A stretch of DNA of 64,000 nt from Octopus bimaculoides. Its lineage: Eukaryota. Below are positions 39,063-49,715 of this stretch, piece after piece (the first letter of the stretch is position 1; each line of letters starts with the position of its first letter). Position numbers and translations under genes: made by a program. The stretch lies in the NCBI RefSeq assembly GCF_001194135.2, contig NC_068981.1:177250122-177314121 (forward strand), given 5' to 3'. The notes beneath the pieces were generated by a model. It ran no database searches. It was not told the origin of the DNA and saw only the letters and a list, made by a program, of their open reading frames with translations.

Positions 39063-39615
39063 TACGAGGTCTGATGAATAAGTATCCTGACTGTTGCTAT
39101 AGAAACAAAGCTAAAGCAAGCAAAGTGAAGCCGCTTGGAACGAATTGACCTTGAACTCTGCTGTGCATGCGCACTAAGTTTTAGCGTTCTAGCTAACTTC
39201 CGCTGTTTACAGCAGTGCTTGGAAGGAAGGTGTGTAGCGTTTGATCGTCGCATTGACCATGACAGAGAAAGTTGTCTTGGCGATACCTGCTCAGAGTTCT
39301 ATGCAAAGTTGCAAAATGTGTATGGAGAGGAGTGTATGAGCCGCACACAAGTGTACGAGTGGTTCAGACGTTTTCAAGATGACCGAAAAAATGTCGATGT
39401 TGACGAACGTTCTGGGAGACACGCAACCAGCAAACTGAGAAAAACATCGCAGATGTGCGGCAGCTGTGAGGGAAAATCGTCAAATCACTATCCGTGAGTT
39501 ATCAGAGGATGTGCAAATTAGTTACGGTTCGGTTTAGTCCATTATCGCAGAAGATTTATGTATGAGACGCGTATCTGCCAAATTTGTACCAAAACTGCTT
39601 TCAGCTGACCAAACA
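39063..39615 (+). mobile_element. mariner 5' half (irritans-like)
   Basis: TA followed by TIR CGAGGTCTGATGAATAAGTATCC. HTH motifs LQNVYGEECMSRTQVYEWFRRFQ...DERSGR and MRRVSAKFVPKLL. Confidence 0.88.
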
Positions 39616-41065
39616 TTTACTTTTCTAAGGTTACTCACGACAGTAATTATTTTTAAAACACACTGTCATCCTCACTACGCCTTAACGAATCAGTTCATAA
39701 AGACTAATGATTAAGTAGGATGGTTTATTGACGCAGGGATAAAAATTCGTAATATCAAATTCAGTTTTTAGCATAGATATTACGAAACCATTCTATGACT
39801 GATAACTTAATTGTGCTATAAATGAAGGTGGACTACTTCTCTAACTCTAAAAATAATAGGATCAAAGATTTTCTTACTGATTAAGTGTAAATCTGATTTT
39901 CACAATACTGATTAATCTACATTTAGGGTGGTTAGCAAAATTGCTTAAAAGATCCTTAAGCGTATTTTCGTTACCTGAATATTCTGGATAACATTTTTTA
40001 TTTCATTCCTAAGATTTCGTTCAAAGATTAATGCCGTGAAACTAGGAGTCACGAAATCTGATATTTCAATATATAATATTTAATACATATATTTTTATAC
40101 TTGACTTTCATTATCGAGTACCCCCTTAATTTCATTATTCTATGTACTGAAGTATTTACGTAGACATCTACAGTTCCTGAACATAGAGTAGAGCACTATA
40201 ATACGATGTATCTAAATAACTGAAAATAGAACAATATCTCTTAAGTTTTTTTTTTGCAAGAATATTACAATTCGTTCAAGGAAACCATACTTAAAAGTTA
40301 TATTTAAGAAAAGGAATTTAGTGAGAAGAATGAAATGACAAGTATACTTCTTTGATGACCAGAAAACCAGGTATAGGTAGCGACACAGATACGGATTAAA
40401 GACATGCAGACACTTTCAAAAAACATCTGGAATTATTTGAAACGAATTTATTTAATCTAATAAGAAAAGTCGGATTCCTGAGATTTGATAGCAAATTTCG
40501 GAGCTATTCAAAGAGTAACCTAAATTTTTTGACTAACCAAAATAAGATGTGTGTTAATTCTGATAAAACCAAGAGTCTTTATAGTTTAGATAAAAATATT
40601 CATAAGAGATTATTGTCAAATAGTATCCATCAACATCTGTTAAAAATCCGATGTTAATACATATAACTCTATTAATGTATAATCTAAGGAAGTTGCATCC
40701 GTACCCAAATAGAATACAAGGTAAAATCTTTGCCTTTCCCATCTACGTAATTTTTTTAGTTTTACCTCTACATCGAGGAACTAATAGTCTGAGTATACAT
40801 AGTTTCTTATCTGAGAAACCACCAGAGTTTAAAAGCTTCGTTATAGAATTTTGAAGCCTTAGTAAAAGATTTGAAGATAAACATAATATAGGTCTATAAA
40901 CATTGGAGATTAAATTACAGAGAATATATGAGGATGATTGGCCTGCTCGCCTAGTCAGCAGGTGGCTCATTCGAAAGCTAAAACAATGCGGAGTGCATTG
41001 TGACCAGCGATGTATAACAACATCTGATAGTCTGGTCGATACCGTAATATGAAGGTGATTAGAAC

Positions 41066-41325
41066 CCTTATTAATACTCTTTTACTTGTTTCAGTTATTT
41101 GACTGCGGCCATGCTGGAGCACCACCTTTAATCGAGCAAATCGACCCCAGGACTTCTTGTTTGTAAGCTTGTACTTATTCTATCGGTCTCTTTTGCCGAA
41201 CCGCTAAGTTACGGGGACATAAACACACCAGCATCGGTTGTCAAGCGACGTTAGGGGGACAGACACAGACACACATATATACACATATACATATATATAT
41301 ACGACGGGCTTCTTTCAGTTTCCAA
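41066..41325 (-). mobile_element. SINE family C 3' part
   Basis: Reverse-complement homolog of 24620-24870. Confidence 0.8.
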
Positions 41326-42595
41326 AAATAATTTTTCATTAAGATCACAATCCCGAAAGAAATCAGCGCCCAAATTTAACGTTATATCTAGAAAATTAAT
41401 TCTATTCACAAGAATAATTGACTAAAAAATAAAAGTAAAAAAAACATTACGTTTATTAATTCGTTTTGCAAGATTCTTGATGTGAAACCGTGTGTTGAAA
41501 CCGATATTGTTGTATTTCGGGACGGTCATTTTTTAAAAAAAATTTTGCTAAATAAATACACGCACTATATATTTTTTTCTTCACTCATTTATTACTGTTC
41601 TTATTTTATTATTTTAACATTATCTTCCCTAAATCTATCTATGCCATGGCCATTCATATTTAGTAATAAAAAAAAAATGTTTTCACAATAAAGCTCCCCC
41701 TCCCCACATACACCATCTAACATCAGGAGCCGTTTATACAACAAATCTAAAGCATACAGAAAAGCATTTCCGCTGTCCTTTTGTAGACCAAGGACTAAAT
41801 TGTTTAAAATGTCCTTTCGATTTCAAGGCGTTGAACATGTAATCTGAGGGAGATCTGGCTGCGATTCTATGCAATCACTAATAACTTTAATGACTGCATA
41901 GAACAGTGATGGCAAACATGAAATATCAACAATGACATGCCGTGATCTTCCAAAAAAATTCCCCGTGCAATATCGTAAGCATTTACTAAAACTAAAATAC
42001 TAAATACATGCAAGTAACACTCTGGTAACAGAATTATTTGGGACAATTCGATACGCTAGACGAAATAAGATGACCCTCGCTTATTCAGAGTATCCTCGTT
42101 GGTTCGACATAGTTCAAGCTTAATGAGGCTAAGAAATCTGGTAAGAGGGGAGTGGAGTGTTTCGACAAAAACTAGATGGTGCATTTCACGAATTTAAGTT
42201 TGTATGCAGTGAGGAGAAGAGGAGTATGTCATTTCGTCTGAGAGAGAGAGAGAGAGAGAGGGGGGGGAGATTGTTTAATTGTTCTCATATCATAAGTCGT
42301 AAACTTTATAGCCGAAGTGAGTTGCATTGGTGCATTCCTAGTTTACACAACTCATTTTGAAATGTGGGTTGTGTGCAAGAGTTTGAATGTCTGTGCGTAC
42401 CGGCGCACGCGCATGTGTGTGTGTGCGAGTGCATTTATATGTGTGTGAGTATATATACATATGCATATNNNNNNNNNNNNNNNNNNNNNNNNNNNNNNNN
42501 NNNNNNNNNNNNNNNNNNNNNNNNNNNNNNNNNNNNNNNNNNNNNNNNNNNNNNNNNNNNNNNNNNNNNNNNNNNNNNNNNNNNNNNNNNNATAT

Positions 42596-43140
42596 ATTGC
42601 GTCATCCCATAAGTAATGCAGCGTTTTCAATTGCATGAACTAAAAGTCCGAGTAGGGCGGGATAAACTACATGCATCAACCTGCTGTAAAAGCAGGTAGT
42701 AATTTTACCTAACACTTATTCTTAGTGCAAGTTTTGAAGAGTGCAGTTCGATTTTAACAGTTATATTCTCAAAGCTATAATGGAAGTGACAAAGGAACAT
42801 ACTCGGCATATTTTGCTTTATGAGTTTAATAAAGGCAACAACGCAAAGGAAAGTGCAAGGAATATTAATGCAATATATGGGGATCGGACAATAAACGTAA
42901 GCCAGTGCCAACGGTGGTTCCAGAAATTCCGAGCCGGAAATTACAGCCTAAAAGACGAGTCTCGTCCTGAGAGGCCTGTAGAGCTCGACGAGGACGTCCT
43001 GCAAATCCTGGTGGAACAAAATCCCATCGTAACTGCTGAGGAACTAGCAGAGAAGCTTGGGTTTGGTCATTTAACCATTCATCAACACCTGCATGCCATC
43101 GGAAAAGTCAGCAAACTGGGTAAATGGGTTCCTCGCAAAG
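42596..43140 (+). mobile_element. mariner 5' half (cecropia/Hsmar1-like), 3'-truncated
   Basis: TIR-like TTGCGTCATCCCATAAGTAATGC after TA. ORF from ATG 42780: MEVTKEHTRHILLYEFNKG...QRWFQKFRAGNYSL.DE.R..RP...KLGKWVP. Confidence 0.9.
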
Positions 43141-45117
43141 ATCCTAAGTTTCCTCTGCCTAAGAAAAATTCCTACAACAATTATGCTAGTAAGTATATTT
43201 CGCCATTTCTCAGTCTTGCAGATGATTACTTGGTGAGAGATCGCATCAATCTCAGAATTACTTTTCTAACCTCCACTGTAACTCACAGCTTGCTAGACAA
43301 CGGCTTTTGTGTGCTGTAAAGTTTTATGTCCAGGTAATCTATCAAACATCTTTCTCCATTTCTGCTCTGTAGGTCAACCTTAAATAGATAACATGATGGA
43401 CTATGGCTTTTGCATTTGTGAGCCCACCGTATAACAGAAAAGCTTACAAGGCAGACAATACAATGCTGCATTCCAGAACTGAATGCAACACAATGACCGC
43501 TTTTGCTTTCACCATTTGGAGTTCTTACTTTCAGATATTAAAATTATTTTTTCGGTAAAATCATTAAGGAAATTTTAATCGTATATTCCACGATTTTTTA
43601 CTCGGGATAATTAATGAGTAAAGCCTAACACCAACACCATATGCTTTAGGTTTGCTTTCTGTTGAGTGATGACTCTTGCTACATTCTATGACATATTTCT
43701 GTCTGTGCGCCAGAGTTTTCTGGTCCGGCTGACATTCCATACTGATCTTTTATTTTACACATAATGTTGTGATCAAACTCTCTAGTGGTGCCAGTATCCC
43801 CTGGGCCTCGGCTAATTCACTGGATCCCTATACTGATTATCGCACTGCTATCCAACCTCAAATAAACCCTAATCGCCACCTTCTCCCTTTGTTGCTGAGT
43901 CTCTCGTTCACAAATATTTTGTGCAAGTCAGACGACATGTCAGAAATTCTGGAAAGAATCTTTAAAAAATAACAAGTTGTTCAAAACCCACTAAACCAAT
44001 CTACTACTATTTTAGTGGGTTTTTGGTTGGAACTTTGGGCAAAAAATTTTGGAACATAAAAGCTTCACATTTCCGAATTGTTACTTCTTTTGTTCATGAT
44101 TTCTGACTATCTGTGAAGTTGTCTTGTTAGTATAAAAACTATAGGTACTTCTGCATTTTCCATTTTCTGTACCAAACATTAGCTATTACACTAATAATGC
44201 ATTGATTATAACTCAATAACATATTTATTTATTCTAAGAATGTATATAGAAAAGAAAATAACAGCTTGTGCACAAAATGAATATTTGAGATTGAACTGGA
44301 TGTGAGGATGAATTTTGATATTTAAATTCTTAGTAATTCTGATTTTTTTTTTTCTCCAAATATAAACTCATATAGTAATTTAGTAGAGTAATGCTATTAT
44401 TACAAAGTATTATTATAATTCACCAAGTGCTATTTTTTAGAAATACATTTAAAGAAAAATGAAGATTACTGAGAGATCTTTAACTATTGTTCAACACGAC
44501 TGTAAAAATCAGGGAAAAGACTTATTTTTAGATTATCTACGAAAGAACATAGCTATACTATAATTACTTGTTTCTTATCATTTCTGTAATACATTATGAA
44601 ATTAAAATTAAAAATTTCTGTTTTGCTTAAATTTCATCGACATCCACTTATGATTAACGATTTGGACGAGTCGCGAATTAATAGATGCAAGTAATTAATT
44701 TACAAAATTCAATTTTATTGTTTTAGTTGCGTGTAATTCAAATTAAAACTTTTAATTAAAAACTCTAATACTGATACTGTTAATAAGATACTGAGAATAA
44801 GATATTGATAAGTGATAACAATAATACAAAACGATTCATTATTTTGATACGAATTTTAACTTTGATGCTTAGTTTAATAGGAATATTATACTAGACCTAT
44901 GTAGCGAAGTGTTAGTCAATACGCTGATCTGACAAGTTAAAATTTAGCTTACAAAATATCGTAAGCCATTATTGAAAGAAAGCGGGATTGCTAGAAAGGG
45001 ATTAACCTAATATGCATGAGAATTGATGATTAAGCAATTACAAAAATTTGTTTGCATTGAACATTGAAGACAGAAGTATATGGCAGCCGACATTAGTCCT
45101 GGCTACTCATCAATGAA

Positions 45118-45272
45118 TATGAAATAACCCTTTCTACTATAGGCACAAGGCCAGCATTTTTTATCGACCCTGAAAGGATGAAAGACAAAGAATTTGAAGT
45201 CAGAACGTAAGGACGGACGAAATGCCGCGAAGCATTTTGTCCGGCGTGCTAACGATTCTGCCAGCTCGCTGC
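45118..45272 (-). mobile_element. SINE family A, internally deleted
   Basis: Reverse-complement match to the family A head and short tail. Confidence 0.8.
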
Positions 45273-45699
45273 ATTAATGAATAAGAAATAAATAAGGAAA
45301 CGGAAATAGTTTAGGCTATTTAAAGATGTTCGGCATCTTCTTCTTGGTCATGGTGTTTGGTTGCTAGGTTTTGGTACTACGTTAGATGATTGGTCATAGG
45401 GCTGGTGATGTCGATATCCTCCGTTCATATTGACGGTTGTAAGTAGAGAATTTTGCTTTAGAGTAAGTCTTATGGCTAGTAGCGTTGTCGGTCACGTCCG
45501 CTCTTTTTAACAGAGAAACCTAAAGCAGGCGACTTCTCTTTAGGCTTTTCATATAGTCGGCAGTACTGTTCATCGTTCGTTCTTTTTAGCAGATGTCAGC
45601 AGACGTTTTTATTAATCATATAACTGTGTTGACCATGACATGCGCTTCTTTTAACAAAATTTCAGGTTGTAGTAGAAAAAATTATGATTATTATTAATG

Positions 45700-45736
<37 letters not shown>

Positions 45737-45749
45737 ATTATTATTATTT

Positions 45750-45970
45750 TCAAGTCGGTAAGCAGGCAGAATTGTTAGCGCGTCGGACAAAGTTCCTGGC
45801 GGCATTTCTTTCAGCTTTTTACGTTCTTAGTTTAAAATCCATCGAAGTTGACTTTGCCTTACTTCCTTTCGGGGTCAATAAAATAGTACCGGTTGAGCCC
45901 TGGTATCGATGTTATCGACTAATCCTCTTCCCCTAAGAATATTGCTGGCCTTGTGCCAAAATTTGAAAGA
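45750..45970 (+). mobile_element. SINE family A, short-tail variant
   Basis: Follows an (ATT)n run; family A head and CTGGCCTTGTGCCAAAATTTGAAA tail. Confidence 0.8.
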
Positions 45971-46196
45971 ATGATTATCAGTGTTTCTTTTTTCCTCCGG
46001 GGTAAATTCTGCAACTAGCTGTATCATCCATATCTCGATAAGAACGGGAAAGAACAAGAATAAATCATGTAGGAAAGAAAATTATATAAAACACATACAC
46101 ACGCACTTATAGACACACAGTAAGTGGCGTGTTAAAACTATTGATATGTTTCGAGGCTCTCATGATTAAATGTAATGGGGTGGAATTATCTTGGTG

Positions 46197-46253
<57 letters not shown>

Positions 46254-46454
46254 TGCACTTCACTCGAATGTATGTGATGGGGGTGTTTTGTAAAGAAAAG
46301 TGAGAAGTGATGGGGGTGTTTTGTAAAGAAAAGCTAGAAGTAATGTTTCATGTGAAGCGTAACGCCTCTTGTCATAGAATAGATGCTTGGGGAGAGACTC
46401 AGTGGGTATTTTTATTGATTGAATGTGTGTGCCTGAGCGAAGTTAGCAAGGTAG

Positions 46455-46462
46455 TATAAATA
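46455..46462 (+). promoter_or_regulatory. Candidate TATA box
   Basis: TATAAATA, followed by CACGTG at 46499-46504 and a CpG-richer segment with a spliced small ORF. Confidence 0.3.
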
Positions 46463-46699
46463 CCTGGTTTGGAGGAACGTTGTTTGATGGCAAGGACGCA
46501 CGTGTGTGTGTGAGAGAGAGAAAGAGACAGAGACAGAGAGAGCAAGAGTGTGTGTGCATGCGCGCGCAATTTATGAAGCTCAGATACATATATATAATAT
46601 ATATATAAATATAATATGTGACAATTAGTTGGATGTCATAATAAAACTCAAAGTTTCGGATGCCGGAGCTGAAGTCTGTTGCTTTATTCTCAGTATGAT

Positions 46700-46980
46700 A
46701 TGGCTAACACCAGCAAAGAGATGTCCACTTCTGGTGGTGCCTCTGCCGCCTTTATTTTAACCACCCTCCGTTTAAGGTATGTCAGAATTAGCCACAATTA
46801 TTCACTTTTATGGGTCGCTGTTGGACATTCTTTGTTTTTGTTTTTTTTTCCAGCTGGGAACCTCACCTCTACTGTGCCAAAGCGTCTTCCGCGGGCGACG
46901 TTTTTATCCCCCTGACAGGCCGTTGGAATTTTCCAGCCTGGGCCTGTATCGCTCGCTCCAGTCTCCTGGTTTTTTGTTGA
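46700..46980 (+). CDS. Candidate two-exon small ORF (67 aa): join(46700..46776,46854..46980)
   Basis: Donor AAG|GTATGT, 77-nt intron with long T tract and ttccAG acceptor. Spliced frame stays open (MANTSKEMSTSGGASAAFILTTLRLSWEPHLYCAKASSAGDVFIPLTGRWNFPAWACIARSSLLVFC*). AATAAA follows the stop at 46981-46986. No homology recognised. Confidence 0.3.
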
Positions 46981-47051
46981 AATAAATTTATAGATAATAG
47001 CTTGTTCCCTTTTTTTTTTCTCTCTCTCTCTCTCTCTCTAGTATCTTCCTG

Positions 47052-47137
47052 TATTTGAACTCAGAACATAGTGATAGACGAAATACTGCTAAGCATTTCG
47101 CCCGGCGTACTAACGATTCTGCCAGCTCACCGCCTAA
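47052..47137 (-). mobile_element. SINE family A 5' fragment
   Basis: Reverse complement of the AGGCGG.GAGCTGGCAGAATCGTTAG head. Confidence 0.8.
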
Positions 47138-47140
47138 GTA

Positions 47141-47179
<39 letters not shown>

Positions 47180-47471
47180 TTTATAATCAGCTCCTCTTTC
47201 CACTTCATATAAGTAATAACCCTTACCTCTGTGGCCTTATATCCATCCTTGGCTCGCTACACCCCCATACAAGGTAATAAGCAAAAACTCAAGCAACGAA
47301 GCCACTGTGGCAATTATTTTTAATATCACGAGCGGTAATAATAGTATGGTAGTGTTGGCAATGATAAATTTTGCTGATATGCGCAAAGCTTTGTGAAACT
47401 GGAATTAATTAATTAGAGGCACACTAAGCAGTGTTACATGAAATGCAGGTGTGTACAATTACATTTAACGA

Positions 47472-47704
47472 GTTCGTGTACACTCGTATATGAAAAGAGA
47501 TAACGCTGCAGAAATAGTCTAGAGAGAAAAACGCTGCTTATAGATAATATAGATAATATAGATAATATATGTGACAAACACACCGTTGAGCTATGACGTT
47601 AATCATAGTCTATCGGTGTCTCTTTTGACACATATGTCTATAAGAAGAATTTTTCTGTCAAGACAGTTTCTGCAGTGTTGTTCTACATTCGAGTGTACAC
47701 AAAC
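47472..47704. repeat. Long imperfect palindrome (foldback/MITE-like)
   Basis: Arms GTGTACACTCG...CTGCAGAAA...CTTATAGA...ATATGTG.CAAA...CACCG...CTATGA and their reverse complement around a 6-nt loop (CGTTAA). Confidence 0.8.
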
Positions 47705-48804
47705 ATGCTAAATATGACCGTGTGCGTGCGTGCATGGGTACAGACACATATACAAACACACGCGCACTGTCCACTTTTCTCCGTCATCAAAAGGATTTTG
47801 TAGTCGATACGTAAGAAAAAAAAAGTACTAATTATAGCTCTTACAAAGGTTTTTCAAGTTTTTCAATGCTTCAAGGTAACTAATGCACGCATGCGCGTGT
47901 GTGGCCATGTACTAATAAATAGCAACTGTATCAAGTGTGCCGAGTTATTTTAATTCTATATTGTAAGATTATTTCTTCATCCATGAAGGTTTTGTATGGG
48001 TTCGCACATGCATGCACACATACGCGCGCGCGCACTCACACACATACGTATTTACGGACAAATATATGCGAAACTCGGAGTCGTGTTAGTGAAATTTAAG
48101 CTTTCATTAAATTATATAAGAGTATGTGTGCATGTGCGCATTTTATGCAATAATTCTATGAAATTTCTATCAAATTTTTTAGTGAATATTTTGTCAAAAA
48201 GTATTTGAAATAACTAACAAATTTTGCCCATTTTGGTGTCAGAATTTGGCAAGATTAAATGATCTGTCCTTGGAAAGCTATTTTCTCAACATGAAACAGC
48301 AATTAAAAGGTATCATATTTTTCTTTGTTTAGTTAGATTATTTATTCCGCCTGGCAAGTAGGCTAAGGAGTCTGATCTTAAATATACGGTTATTCGTCAT
48401 TGGAAGACAATCTAAGTAGTGAAAGAGTATCTAAAGCAGCTCGACAATGCCTGTGCAATATTTATATTAAGAAGTTCTACACGGGAAGAAACAAGTCTGA
48501 GTATTTATTCCTTAAAGCACAAACTATAATGTCTTCCTTAGGTGCAAAGGTCGATGGTGTAATATATTGCCATGGGCAAGAAACGGTAAGCTGGGTCTGC
48601 AACATAATCAATTTTGATTCCGGGCTAATTAATTTTATTTCCGTTACCTGTGGCTTAAAGAAGAAAAAAAAAACGGGGTCGGGTCATCTATAAATATGAA
48701 ATTTTCTGCCTGAGAAGGAAAGCAATATTCTGAAAGTTGTTGGGTTAACTTACTGAAGATCGCTTCCATTTCCTTAAAAATACCCTTCGCACTAAAAGTA
48801 ATAC

Positions 48805-49087
48805 GTACTGGTGCAAAGCGCGCGGTGCATGTCGAGCGCCTTCGCGGGCGCCGACGCAGCCGATGCGCGACCCTTAGTCGAGAACAGTGTCGGTCGGGGA
48901 GTTTGACTGGGGCGGTACGTCTGTCAAACGGTAACGCAGGTGTCCCAAGGCGAGCTCAGCGTGAACGGAAACCACACGTCGAGCAAAAGGGCAAAAGCTC
49001 GCTCGATCTCGATTTTCAGTACGAATACGGATCGCGAAAGCGTGGCCCATCGATCCTTTCCGAATAACANNNNNNNNNNGCGACGTC

Positions 49088-49125
<38 letters not shown>

Positions 49126-49167
49126 CGAAGCAGAATTCGCAAAGCGTTGGATTGTTCACCCACTAAC

Positions 49168-49214
<47 letters not shown>

Positions 49215-49465
49215 TTCTACCGATGCATCGCGCGTACGCGGCGCCTCGAGTCGCGCGCGGTCGGGGGTTCGGTGCGTAGCGGCGCACTTCGGTGCGCTTC
49301 CGCAGCCGACGCTCTCACCCCGCGGCCTTAGGCGGGCGCCGGCAACGTCAACTCGGCTACGGCTATCCCGTCCAGTACGAGGAGAACCGCGGGATCAGAG
49401 CAACGGTTTGCGCGCTCGCTCGATAGAGCGGTGGTGCCAAGCTGCCTCTGAGCGATAACGGCTGA
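48805..49465 (+). rRNA. 28S rRNA: 28S (LSU) rRNA 3' fragment, dispersed pseudogene (end of D10 through domain V into domain VI)
   Basis: Universal LSU motifs GGGGAGTTTGACTGGGGCGGTAC, GCAAAAGCTCGCT.GATCT.GATTTTCAGTACGAATAC, GATCCTTCGATGTCGGCTCTTCCTATCATTG and GTGAGCTGGGTTTAGACCGTCGTGAGACAGGTTAGTTTTA. GC-rich island in AT-rich flanks with no other rDNA nearby. 10-N gap at 49070-49079. Confidence 0.95.
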
Positions 49466-49574
49466 GTAATACATATTTAATTCAAGAGAGCATCAAAACG
49501 CCAAATAGGAATCATTATGCAGTGACGAAAAAACAATATTAATCATTAACTAATATTATATTAAATATAAGGGC

Positions 49575-49715
49575 AGCGAGAATTCCGCCGTAGTCGACAT
49601 TGCCTTTCATCAATCGGAGTCGATAAAATAAGTACCAGTTGAGTACAGGAATTTATGTAATCGACTTAACTCCTACTCCCAAACTTGCTGGCCTGGTGCC
49701 AAAATTTGAAACCAA
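49575..49715 (+). mobile_element. SINE family A 3' part
   Basis: AATTCCGCCG..GTCGAC.TTGCCTTTCATC...AAATAAGTACCAGTTG and short tail. Confidence 0.75.

Noticed and set aside
38184-40146. CATAGAG.../...TTCTATG as TIRs of a P-like element
   Set aside because: Match is about 8-10 bp only, with no 8-bp TSD, and it lies on the wrong side of the transposase relic
48400-48693. 97-aa plus-strand ORF next to the rRNA fragment
   Set aside because: Non-ATG start (TTG), no splice or homology support
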